Shown piece after piece: positions 16,591 to 25,383 of a stretch of DNA of 47,185 bases. The DNA comes from an uncultured Spirochaetales bacterium (lineage in GTDB: Bacteria; Spirochaetota; Spirochaetia; Sphaerochaetales; Sphaerochaetaceae). The first letter of the stretch is position 1, and the number at the start of each line of letters is the position of its first letter. The DNA lies in the NCBI GenBank assembly GCA_945947045.1, contig CAMEXG010000001.1:1-47185 (forward strand), given 5' to 3'. Below the pieces are notes generated by a model. The model did not search any database. It was not told where the DNA came from and saw only the letters and a list, made by a program, of their open reading frames with translations. The translations under genes and the position numbers were made by a program.

Positions 16591-16615
16591 TATCACCCTT
16601 TTTCCCGTTACGCAA
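16587..16615 (-). promoter_or_regulatory. sigma70-like promoter of the aldolase-PFK-TIM-LarA operon
   Basis: Minus strand: TTGCGT (16615-16610), 17 nt, TGa-TATTAT (extended -10; hexamer 16592-16587). Confidence 0.5.
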
Positions 16616-16635
16616 CAAAATATTTTCCAAACAGG

Positions 16636-16662
16636 AAAAAGCACGGGGATACAAGATCCCCG
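16636..16662 (-). terminator. rho-independent terminator ending the ABC/sulfatase operon
   Basis: Stem CGGGGAT / ATCCCCG with a 5-nt loop, followed on the minus strand by UGCUUUUUCC. Starts 5 nt after the sulfatase stop. Confidence 0.8.
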
Positions 16663-16666
16663 ATAA

Positions 16667-18130
16667 TCACCAATTAATCTTCTTAGGTTGCTTCTTACTT
16701 GACACCATCTCTTCCGGATAGTGACGAGCACAGTCAGGAGCATGCCATCGTTCATCAGAATCAAAAGAACAACGCATTGTAATAGAGAGGTTTTGTTCCT
16801 CTTTCTTTGCATTTTCAACTATTTTTTCAAAGCTTTCACACTTTTCATCCAATAAAGATACCGCTTCTTTTGCAAACTCAGAATAAGAAGAAATTATATT
16901 TTCCGTTTCATGAGGATCTTTCTCTATATCGAAAACCTCTTCTTTATCTGAAGTGCAATATCTGACATATTTAAGGCTACCCTTCTTTACCATCTGGGCA
17001 TATGGAACACTATGTGTATTTCTATCCATAGCACCACCAAGTTCAGAGATCACCATTCTCTTTTTATCATCATACTCCTCTGTAAGTTGCTTTTTAAGGC
17101 TGACTCCATCTGAGCCATATGCAATGGGTGCGTCTACTAGATCACAGAGAGTAGGTCCTAGATCGATAAGGCTTGTAGCTCCTTCGATCTTTACGTTCTT
17201 TCTTATTCCGTCACCGGCAATTATAAGAGGCGTATGTACGGACTCTTCGAAAAATGTCTGCTTACCATACAGACCTCTTGATCCTATTTGATCTCCATGA
17301 TCTGAAGCATAAATAAAGATTCCTTCATGTCCTGTACGTCTCAAATACTCTTGGAAAGCGTCATATACCATACCGACTTCCATGTCTGTGAACTCACACA
17401 TAGCGTAGTATGCCGCTCTGACAGCTTTCACTACTTCAGGGTCTTTATCATTGAAGACACCTTCATAGAATGATGGAAGAGGATAATCCACATCGTCTTC
17501 TCCGCTGACTCTTTCGTAATAATAGTCGTAAAGTTCCTTTGGAGCTACATAAGGATGATGGGGTGCATATGTTCCGACACATAGAAACTGTGGTTTTTCA
17601 TAGCTATCCTTCAGATAATCCAAAGCATGCTCTACAACATATCTATCGAACTCAAGAGTAGGAGAATTGCCTGCCCCAATTATTGAAATACAGTGAGCCC
17701 CGCCTGTAGGAGTATTGAGATGAACTCCCCTCTCTTTTTTAAAGGCTTCGGTCGGTCTGTTTGTATATATCGGAGTTATATCTCCTGCAATACGCTTTGA
17801 AAAACCATGTCTCTGGTCAGGGCCTACAAAGTGCATTCTTCCACACAGCACCGTCTCATAGCCGATGCTGTTCAGGCTATGGGCGAAAGTAGCACGTGAA
17901 GAATCAAGAACACTGAAGTTTCCCATTACTCCGCACTTAGAGGCTAACTGTCCTGACATCAGACTCATTCTGGCAGGGACGCAAAGCGGATAAGGAGTGT
18001 AGTTATTCATAAATGCTACACCCTCCGAAGCGATTCTATCTAAGTTTGGAGTTCTCAAGATTCCATTTCCAACATAGTGTTGCTGGAGAAAGGCATGTTG
18101 GTCAGAAAAAAACAAACAAATATCTTTCAT
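16667..18130 (-). CDS. Cys-type (formylglycine) sulfatase, no signal peptide
   Basis: 487 aa. Sulfatase signature PLCVPARMSLMSG (C-x-P-x-R). The N-terminus MKDICLFFSDQH has no hydrophobic leader. Confidence 0.85.
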   Translation of the reverse strand: MKDICLFFSDQHAFLQQHYVGNGILRTPNLDRIASEGVAFMNNYTPYPLCVPARMSLMSGQLASKCGVMGNFSVLDSSRATFAHSLNSIGYETVLCGRMHFVGPDQRHGFSKRIAGDITPIYTNRPTEAFKKERGVHLNTPTGGAHCISIIGAGNSPTLEFDRYVVEHALDYLKDSYEKPQFLCVGTYAPHHPYVAPKELYDYYYERVSGEDDVDYPLPSFYEGVFNDKDPEVVKAVRAAYYAMCEFTDMEVGMVYDAFQEYLRRTGHEGIFIYASDHGDQIGSRGLYGKQTFFEESVHTPLIIAGDGIRKNVKIEGATSLIDLGPTLCDLVDAPIAYGSDGVSLKKQLTEEYDDKKRMVISELGGAMDRNTHSVPYAQMVKKGSLKYVRYCTSDKEEVFDIEKDPHETENIISSYSEFAKEAVSLLDEKCESFEKIVENAKKEEQNLSITMRCSFDSDERWHAPDCARHYPEEMVSSKKQPKKINW

Positions 18131-18134
18131 TTCT

Positions 18135-19088
18135 TTAACCCAACTCCTCGACTCTACAACATCTGACGAAATGTCCAGGACTTACTTCTTGCTGCTCCTG
18201 TGGCTCAAGACATTTTTCTGTAGCAAACTTACATCTAGCGGCAAATCTACATCCAGGCTTAGGATTAATTGGAGAAGTAAGCTCTCCCCTCAATATCTCC
18301 CTCTTATTCGGATGATCGATATCAATACTTGGAATTGCAGACAACAATGCTTTTGTATATGGATGAAGTGGCATTTTGAATAGTTCCTTTGAAGGGCATT
18401 TCTCCACAACCTGACCAAGATACATTACACAGATTTCATCAGAAATATGTTTTACAACGGACATATCATGAGTTACGAACATATATGTAAGATCTCTATC
18501 CATCTGCAGTTTTTTCAAGAGGTTTAAAACCTGTGCCTGAATAGAAACGTCGAGAGCGGAGACAGGCTCGTCACAAACAACGAACTTTGGATCCAATGCA
18601 AGAGCTCTTGCTATTCCGACTCTCTGTCTCCTTCCACCGTCCAGTTCGTGAGGATATGCATACTTTAGTCTCTCATCAATTCCAACAAGGTCCATGAGCA
18701 TATCTGTTTTTTCTTCGATTTCAGACTTAGAGTATCTTCCCGATACTTTGAGAGGTTCTTTTACAGTATCCCTGATGGATTTCTTCGGGTCGATTGATGA
18801 GTATGGATCCTGGAATATAATCTGCATCTGCTCTCTGACTCTCTTTAGATCCTTGCCCTTCACATCAGATACATCTTCGCCTTCAAGAAAGATCTTTCCG
18901 TCAGTTTTATCTAAAAGATGAATGATTGTTCTTCCAAGAGTAGATTTACCACATCCAGATTCTCCGACTATTCCAACAGTATGGCCCTTTTCAATATCCA
19001 TGGTAACATCATCCACAGCGTGGAGAAGTCCTCTTGCAGTTGAGAAGTATTTTTTAAGTCCCTCGACTCTCACCATTGATTCGGACAT
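18135..19088 (-). CDS. ABC transporter ATP-binding protein, OppF/DppF type
   Basis: Walker A GESGCGKST, signature LDGGRRQRV, and a C-terminal oligopeptide-type extension with Cys residues. Confidence 0.9.
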   Translation of the reverse strand: MSESMVRVEGLKKYFSTARGLLHAVDDVTMDIEKGHTVGIVGESGCGKSTLGRTIIHLLDKTDGKIFLEGEDVSDVKGKDLKRVREQMQIIFQDPYSSIDPKKSIRDTVKEPLKVSGRYSKSEIEEKTDMLMDLVGIDERLKYAYPHELDGGRRQRVGIARALALDPKFVVCDEPVSALDVSIQAQVLNLLKKLQMDRDLTYMFVTHDMSVVKHISDEICVMYLGQVVEKCPSKELFKMPLHPYTKALLSAIPSIDIDHPNKREILRGELTSPINPKPGCRFAARCKFATEKCLEPQEQQEVSPGHFVRCCRVEELG

Positions 19089-20090
19089 TTATTTTCCCTC
19101 CTTTGAAAGAACAGACTTCATATTAATACAATGTGAAATATGACCGTCTTCTGTTGTCAACGCGGGAATTTCACCCTTCAAGCAGGCCTCTGTCGCATAT
19201 TTGCATCTTGGAGCAAAGGCACATCCCACAATCTCTTTTGTCGGATCTGGTGGGAGACCTTCAATCGGATGAAGCCAGATATCATCATCCGCCATGTCTG
19301 GAATTGCACCAAAGAGACCTAAAGTATATGGATGAGAAGGATGATGGAATATCTGTTCTTTTGTTCCATATTCTACGATTCTTCCAGCATAGATAATTGC
19401 AACCTCGTCACATACAGTTGCAACGACACCAAGGTCATGGGTGATCAAAAGCATTGCAGTATTAAACTTCTTCTGCAACTCCCCTACAAGCTCCAATACC
19501 TGAGCCTGGATTGTAACATCCAAAGCTGTTGTCGGCTCATCAGCCAAAAGCACCTGAGGATTACAAGCAAGAGCTATGGCTATAACGATTCTCTGTTTCA
19601 TTCCACCGGAGAACTGATGAGGGTATTCATAATAACGGTCTTCTGTGATTCCCACCATTTTAAGCATTTCTTTAGCTCTCTCTTCACACTGCTCTTTTGA
19701 CAAATCACTATGAAGTTTTACTGCTTCAGATATCTGCTCACCTACTCTCTGTACTGGGTTAAGTGCAGTCATAGGATCCTGAAAAATCATAGATATTTCA
19801 TTACCTCTAATCTTTCTCATATCATGCTCTTTAAGAGAAAGAAGATCTTTTCCATCAAGTTTTATTTCTCCCTCCACTATTCTTGCACCTACATCAGGCA
19901 AGATTCTAAGAATAGACTTAGCTATTGTAGTCTTTCCTGCTCCTGTTTCACCAACCAATCCCAGTGTCTTACCTTTATACATCTTTAGGTCTACGCCGTT
20001 TACGGCATGAACCACTGTCTTACCGGAGAAGTATTCGACTTTTAGATTCTTCACCGAAAGAAACTCTTTGTTTTCAGCTGTGTTATCCAT
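19089..20090 (-). CDS. ABC transporter ATP-binding protein, OppD/DppD type
   Basis: Walker A GETGAGKTT, FSGGMKQRI, Walker B LLADEPTTALD. The start abuts the next gene's stop. Confidence 0.9.
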   Translation of the reverse strand: MDNTAENKEFLSVKNLKVEYFSGKTVVHAVNGVDLKMYKGKTLGLVGETGAGKTTIAKSILRILPDVGARIVEGEIKLDGKDLLSLKEHDMRKIRGNEISMIFQDPMTALNPVQRVGEQISEAVKLHSDLSKEQCEERAKEMLKMVGITEDRYYEYPHQFSGGMKQRIVIAIALACNPQVLLADEPTTALDVTIQAQVLELVGELQKKFNTAMLLITHDLGVVATVCDEVAIIYAGRIVEYGTKEQIFHHPSHPYTLGLFGAIPDMADDDIWLHPIEGLPPDPTKEIVGCAFAPRCKYATEACLKGEIPALTTEDGHISHCINMKSVLSKEGK

Positions 20091-20102
20091 TATATCTTCT
20101 CC

Positions 20103-20960
20103 TTATTTCTTAAGTTTTGGATCGAGAGCATCTCTAATTCCATCGCCAAGCATATTGACAGCAAGAACTGTCACGGCAATTGCAAGACCTGGGAAAATAA
20201 CCATATGAGGGCTCTTTCTGATAAAAGCTCTTGCTCCACTGAGCATTGCACCCCAGTCTGGTGTAGGAGGCTGCACGCCAAGTCCGATGAAGGATAGGGA
20301 AGCTGCCTGAATGATAGTATGGGCGACACCCATTGTCATACCGACAATATTTGCACTTATGGAGTTTGGAACCAAATGGGTGAAGATTATCCTTGCAGGA
20401 GAACAGTTAATTGAATATGCAGCTTCAATATATTCAGCCTTTCTCTGCTTAAGCATGTTTGCCCTCAACATTCTTGCCTGACCAGGTATTGCTCCTACAC
20501 TTAATGCGAGAATGGTATTGAAATATCCAGAACCAAGAACGGCAGACATTACGATTGTGAGAAGCATACCAGGAAGAGATTGGATGACATCCAAAGCTCT
20601 CATGATGATGTTATCTGTCCAACCACCTGCAAAACCTGCAACAGCGCCGATGACTATACCGATGACAGAACTGATTGCCGTAGCGATTATTCCCATGGAA
20701 AGAGAATATCTTGTGCCTACCACAACACGAGAGAATATATCCCTACCGATTTCATCTGTTCCAAACCAATGTTTTGCGGAAGGAACCTGTCTAAGAGCAG
20801 TTGGATCTATTTCCTGATATCCATAGGGAGCAATCTGTGTGGCGAAGATTGCAATCAACACCTCAATAAGAAGAATAACCAATCCAATCATTGCCATCTT
20901 GTTTTTACTAAGCTGATAAACAAATCTTGAAAATTCAGACTGACCTTTATGTTTCTTCAT
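20103..20960 (-). CDS. ABC transporter permease, OppC/DppC type
   Basis: 285 aa, 6 TM segments, EAA-like loop (EYIEAAYSINCSPARIIF). Confidence 0.9.
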   Translation of the reverse strand: MKKHKGQSEFSRFVYQLSKNKMAMIGLVILLIEVLIAIFATQIAPYGYQEIDPTALRQVPSAKHWFGTDEIGRDIFSRVVVGTRYSLSMGIIATAISSVIGIVIGAVAGFAGGWTDNIIMRALDVIQSLPGMLLTIVMSAVLGSGYFNTILALSVGAIPGQARMLRANMLKQRKAEYIEAAYSINCSPARIIFTHLVPNSISANIVGMTMGVAHTIIQAASLSFIGLGVQPPTPDWGAMLSGARAFIRKSPHMVIFPGLAIAVTVLAVNMLGDGIRDALDPKLKK

Positions 20961-21931
20961 TAGTTAGCCCCCTTCTTGACTGCAACTTTTTTCTTGCCCT
21001 TATTCTGATACTGAGCCTTTATTCTTGGGTCTACAGCCGCATAAAGCATATCTACGAGAAGCATGCTGAACGAGAAGACGATAGCCAAGAAGATTGTTCC
21101 TGTCTGAACAACAGGATAGTCTCTGTTGTTAACAGCTGTGATGATAAGTGTACCCATGCCAGGGATAGAGAAGATTGTCTCGATGATCATCGCACCGCCA
21201 AGCATCTTTCCAAACTGTGTTCCCATCATTGTAATAATAGGAATCAAAGCATTCTTAAGAGCATGCTTGATAATTACTTTATTCTCTGGTACACCCTTCG
21301 CTCTGGCTGTTGTAATATAATCAGATCTGATGACATCTAGCATACTGGATCTGGACTGACGAGCTGCAGATGCAATATGGGTAGCGGAAGCTGAAATTGC
21401 AGGAAGAATGTAGTATTGTATACCACCGATACCAAGGGCAGGAAGCCATTTGAGTTTTACAGCAAAAAGAATAACCAACAACAAAGCAAGCCAGAAGTTT
21501 GGCATTGATACTCCGACGAGAGCCAAAACCATACACAAAGAGTCCTGCCATCTATTTTGATGTACTGCAGCAATGACGCCAAGAGGCACACCGATTGCAA
21601 AAGAAAGAATCAATGTTATACCTGAAAGCATCATAGTTCTTGGAAGTCTTTCAACAATAGAGTCTGCAATAGGAATTCCGGTTCTCCATGCCACTCCAAG
21701 ATTAAAATGAATAAATGTATCGCTTAAAAATCTTGCCAATCTGACAAAATATGGATCATTTAGGCCCAATTCTTCTCGTTTTGCTTCCAAAGCCTCTTCC
21801 GTCGCTTCTGAACCCAAAATAATCTCAGCAGGATCACCAGGACAATATGTCATTAAAGTAAAAACAACAATGGCGACAGCTAGAATAATCGGAATCATCC
21901 AAAGTAAACGCTTTAGAAAATATCTAAGCAT
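20960..21931 (-). CDS. ABC transporter permease, OppB/DppB type
   Basis: MLRYFLKRLL N-terminus typical of OppB. I place the start at Met11 of the track ORF because AGGAGG lies 7 nt upstream. Confidence 0.9.
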   Translation of the reverse strand: MLRYFLKRLLWMIPIILAVAIVVFTLMTYCPGDPAEIILGSEATEEALEAKREELGLNDPYFVRLARFLSDTFIHFNLGVAWRTGIPIADSIVERLPRTMMLSGITLILSFAIGVPLGVIAAVHQNRWQDSLCMVLALVGVSMPNFWLALLLVILFAVKLKWLPALGIGGIQYYILPAISASATHIASAARQSRSSMLDVIRSDYITTARAKGVPENKVIIKHALKNALIPIITMMGTQFGKMLGGAMIIETIFSIPGMGTLIITAVNNRDYPVVQTGTIFLAIVFSFSMLLVDMLYAAVDPRIKAQYQNKGKKKVAVKKGAN

Positions 21932-21998
21932 TAGTACTCCTCCTTTTTTGTTTCCTTGCATAGATTGCCCTGCATATAGCAGGACAATCTAGTTTTTA

Positions 21999-23582
21999 TC
22001 AGTTGTATATGCAGGCTGTAGGAACTACCATGTTAATGTTGTCATTTACAACTTCCTTGATTCCAACCTTATTGTTCCATACTGCAAGGTTATTAAGCTG
22101 GTACATTCCATATCCGTAAGCTTCTTCCTTGATGTAGTTATGAACCTTGTTAATATTTTCAGGTGTGAATCCCTTCACTGTTGAAGCCTCTGCAATCATG
22201 TCTGCAAGTACATAGTCATGTCTACTTGTAGCGTCACCAGTCTTGTAGGATCTGCAGTCATATCTTGTATTCCAGTGGTTTGCAAGTGTGATGCCACCGA
22301 CCTGGTTAATGAACATATCGTACTGTGTTCCATCAAGTCTAATAGCTGTAACAAGGGCAACTTGTCTCAAATCAAGCTTGATGTTGATGCCAACGGCAGC
22401 ACAGCAGTTCTGAATGATTTCTGCAACAGTCTTTGTTGTTGAGGAACCAAGAAGAACGAGTTCTTCTCCCTTGTAGTTAGACTTAGCGAGACATTCCTTA
22501 GCCTTTTCTACGTTATAAGGATAGTATTCCTCGTCGAGCCACTCTTTTTGGTAACCCATAGCATAAGTAGCTGCAGAGTCATGCATTACTGTTCCATATC
22601 CTTCGAGGGCGGCGTCAATCATCAACTGGTTATTGATGGCATAACAGATTGCCTGTCTAAGATATTTGTCTTCTGCAACAGGTTTTCCTTCTGCCCCTGA
22701 GAAGAAGATCTGCATACCGTTTCTTGCATCTGCTCTCTGGAGTGTATAATCACTGTCACCATCAAACTGTACTGCAGTTGAAGCTGGGAAGTTGAGGACA
22801 AAATCTACTACACCTGTCTCAAGTGCGATGCCAAGCTGGGCAGCTTCTGGAATAATATGGACTTTAACATTGTCCACAGTCGCCCTCAGCTGCTCAGGAA
22901 GGAGATTATAATCCTGCCAGTAGTCATCTCTCTTTGTATATTCCATAGAAGAGCCGGAAACAAAACCTGTTACCTTGTAAACGCTAGTTGTTACACAGCT
23001 GTTCACATAATCATCACCAGCCTTCTCATATTCAGCCTTTGAACAGACAAGAGTATCTGTCATGAATGTTTCGAATACACCTACAAGAGTATTGTTGAAC
23101 TTAACTCTTACAGAATAGTCGCCTGTAGCTTCGATGGATTCAACATACTTGTAGTTTGGCTTAAGAGCTTTTTCTTTTGATGTCTCGACAACCCAAACAA
23201 TATCTTCGGATGTAATCTTGTTACCTTTGCTATCTGTAATGTAGTCCCAGATAGTAATATCGTATGTTACACCGTTATCTTCTGTCTTCCATTCCTTTGC
23301 AATCCATGGAACAAGGGTATTTGAACCATCAAGATAGCCGAGAGACTCATAAGTAATAGTAGAAATTACAGGAAGATTGTTTCCGATGTTGGATCTGAAT
23401 GGAGAGAGTGTATCCCAACCAGTGTTGATACCAACATTGATTTCAATCTTTTTCTTCTCTGCAGTCTTTGTGCTTGTTTCAGTAGCAGTTCCTGATGTAG
23501 AACTGGTCTTCGATTCGCTCTTTCCACATGAAACAAAAAGCATGAGAACAGCCAAAAGAAGCACGAAAATAATCTTTTTCAT
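21999..23582 (-). CDS. family 5 (peptide/nickel/oligosaccharide) ABC substrate-binding lipoprotein
   Basis: Lipobox LMLFVSC-G followed by a Ser/Thr-rich linker. 527 aa, SBP_bac_5-like. AGGAG RBS. Confidence 0.85.
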   Translation of the reverse strand: MKKIIFVLLLAVLMLFVSCGKSESKTSSTSGTATETSTKTAEKKKIEINVGINTGWDTLSPFRSNIGNNLPVISTITYESLGYLDGSNTLVPWIAKEWKTEDNGVTYDITIWDYITDSKGNKITSEDIVWVVETSKEKALKPNYKYVESIEATGDYSVRVKFNNTLVGVFETFMTDTLVCSKAEYEKAGDDYVNSCVTTSVYKVTGFVSGSSMEYTKRDDYWQDYNLLPEQLRATVDNVKVHIIPEAAQLGIALETGVVDFVLNFPASTAVQFDGDSDYTLQRADARNGMQIFFSGAEGKPVAEDKYLRQAICYAINNQLMIDAALEGYGTVMHDSAATYAMGYQKEWLDEEYYPYNVEKAKECLAKSNYKGEELVLLGSSTTKTVAEIIQNCCAAVGINIKLDLRQVALVTAIRLDGTQYDMFINQVGGITLANHWNTRYDCRSYKTGDATSRHDYVLADMIAEASTVKGFTPENINKVHNYIKEEAYGYGMYQLNNLAVWNNKVGIKEVVNDNINMVVPTACIYN

Positions 23583-23623
23583 AGTATCTCCTTTTTTTCT
23601 CAGGATTTTTTTGATCCCGAGAT

Positions 23624-23642
23624 TAATTAAACAATTTAATTA
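23624..23642. promoter_or_regulatory. 19-bp dyad TAATTAAA-CAA-TTTAATTA, a candidate operator
   Basis: Perfect 8-bp inverted arms with a 3-bp spacer. Starts 8 nt downstream of the predicted -10. 16/19 identical to 31500-31518. Confidence 0.45.
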
Positions 23643-23649
23643 TGTCTAA

Positions 23650-23677
23650 ATAATAACAGAGGTTTTCAATAACGCAA
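23650..23677 (-). promoter_or_regulatory. sigma70-like promoter of the SBP/ABC/sulfatase operon
   Basis: Minus strand: TTGCGT (23677-23672), 16 nt, TGt-TATTAT (hexamer 23655-23650). Same hexamers as the promoter at 16587-16615. Confidence 0.5.
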
Positions 23678-23752
23678 GGATTTTTTTATATTTTTTATAA
23701 AAATTATTTTTAAAAATAGATTCTTTATCTGCAATTAATTATATTTTTTGCA

Positions 23753-25381
23753 TTAATTCTGTTTTTCCCTTGCTCTTCTTACCATTTGGCCAAGCATCAT
23801 GCCACCCAATCCCTCTTCGTATCGTCTGAAGATTTCTTTTTTTACATCTTCATCCAAACCTCTTGTCATAGCCTCCACCTGGGCTCTTTTTATCCTATTG
23901 TCGACTTTCCTAGGTACAATATCACAAGTGGACTGATACCAATCCAACATATCAAGTTTCATCTTCATGATTTGGTCTTTGTAGAGAGGATTATCTATTT
24001 CATTCTTCTCCTCTTTTATATCTTTCTCCAAATCATAGAATTCATCTTTATTGTTAGCCCTCTTTATATACTTATACCTATGGTCTCTGATCATTGTACC
24101 CTTTATATGGGCTTCACCGTTGGTCTGGGAAATCTGCTTGGGCCAATAATCACTTTCTTCAGGAATACTTCCGCCTTTTCCACAGACCCCATGGTACTCG
24201 TCAGCCTGCCATTCATACTCCATTCTTCCACCTTCAGAGAAGACATATTTCCTATTCTCGATCTTCCTATCTTCAACAATAGGTCTGAGAGATATTCCGA
24301 ATTGATCATGATCAGGCTCTACGCCGACATAATCCATGACTGTCCTATAGAAATCCACTAGTTCTACTAGGCTATCGGAGATACCTGGATCCACTTTCTC
24401 ACCCTTTGGAGGTTTGATGAGCAAAGGCACTCTTACAAGACAGTCTTCGAATGTATTTTGGGATTTCTCAGGAAGAGAATAATCTCCACAGAAATCTCCA
24501 TGGTCAGATAGAACGACTATGAGAGTGTCATCATAGACACCTTTTTCCTTAAGACCGTCGCATAGTCTCTTAAACTGTGCATCGATTTTCATGCACATTC
24601 CAAGATACACAGCCCTCAGCTCGTCCCAGTCCTTTTCCTCCATCTGGTCGATTCCCATATGGGATCTCAGTTCTTCCTGCATTAAAGGCTTACCTTCACC
24701 CTTTGATGCCCTCTTTGGCAGTTTTTTTCTATCTATGGCTGAGAAATATGGCTTCTCAACTCCATAAGGGCAGTGAGGATAGAAAAGGCCAAGGAAAGCG
24801 ACCACAGGTTTTCCTCCATGGTCCTCCCCCATCATCTCTATGCATCTATCTACGTCGCTGTCATCGGAAGTATAATTAATACCTTCATTATTGACTGTCA
24901 GCTCTCCCAGATAGTGGGAATAGAAGAATTTATCGCCTTTTTTACCTCTTATATTTGATATAACAGGTTTATTATGATCAGTAGCCATTACTCTAGGATC
25001 TGTCTTCCCTGAGTGGATTTCATCAGCTTGTGATTCATACAACCCTGGAATCTGCCCCGCAACAAGATCGTTACGGTCATTCATCCAAACATAGTATCCT
25101 GCATTCTTTAATTCAGTGAACAGATTCGACTCATCCTCATGAAGAAGATGCTGCATAGTTCTATGTCCTTTGACATGAGGATACAAACCAGTAAAAAAAG
25201 AACAGCGAGATGGAACGCATACAGGGTTCTGGCAGTATGCATTTGAAAATGACACAGCCTCTTTCGATGCAAACTCATCAAGATTAGGAGTGATTGCAGC
25301 TGGATTTGCTCCCATATGATAAAGCGCATCCCACCTCATCTCATCTGGGTTAAATATTACAACATTCGGTCTTTTTTCCAT
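23753..25381 (-). CDS. Cys-type sulfatase, no signal peptide
   Basis: Signature PVCVPSRCSFFTG. I place the start at Met9 of the track ORF (MEKRPNVVIF) because GGAG is 5 nt upstream of it and it begins 2 nt after the GH3 stop. Confidence 0.85.
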   Translation of the reverse strand: MEKRPNVVIFNPDEMRWDALYHMGANPAAITPNLDEFASKEAVSFSNAYCQNPVCVPSRCSFFTGLYPHVKGHRTMQHLLHEDESNLFTELKNAGYYVWMNDRNDLVAGQIPGLYESQADEIHSGKTDPRVMATDHNKPVISNIRGKKGDKFFYSHYLGELTVNNEGINYTSDDSDVDRCIEMMGEDHGGKPVVAFLGLFYPHCPYGVEKPYFSAIDRKKLPKRASKGEGKPLMQEELRSHMGIDQMEEKDWDELRAVYLGMCMKIDAQFKRLCDGLKEKGVYDDTLIVVLSDHGDFCGDYSLPEKSQNTFEDCLVRVPLLIKPPKGEKVDPGISDSLVELVDFYRTVMDYVGVEPDHDQFGISLRPIVEDRKIENRKYVFSEGGRMEYEWQADEYHGVCGKGGSIPEESDYWPKQISQTNGEAHIKGTMIRDHRYKYIKRANNKDEFYDLEKDIKEEKNEIDNPLYKDQIMKMKLDMLDWYQSTCDIVPRKVDNRIKRAQVEAMTRGLDEDVKKEIFRRYEEGLGGMMLGQMVRRAREKQN

Positions 25382-25383
25382 TT

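Noticed and set aside
18135-23582. Calling the Opp/Dpp-type system an oligopeptide or nickel transporter.
   Set aside because: The family alone cannot assign a substrate. Operonic embedding between sulfatases and a GH3 makes a glycan cargo more plausible. Peptide or nickel transport is kept only as an alternative in the findings.
23599-23621. Imperfect hairpin CTCAGGA-T7G-ATCCCGAG in the SBP 5' leader.
   Set aside because: It has one mismatch in a 7-bp stem and an A-run loop on the coding strand. It could modulate translation, but the evidence is too thin.
23692-23718. Perfect A/T palindromes TTTTTATAAAAA (23692-23703) and TATTTTTAAAAATA (23705-23718).
   Set aside because: These are pure homopolymer-type low complexity (T-run followed by A-run), expected by chance in about 85% A/T spacer. 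They are not similar to the ATTAAA-type dyads.
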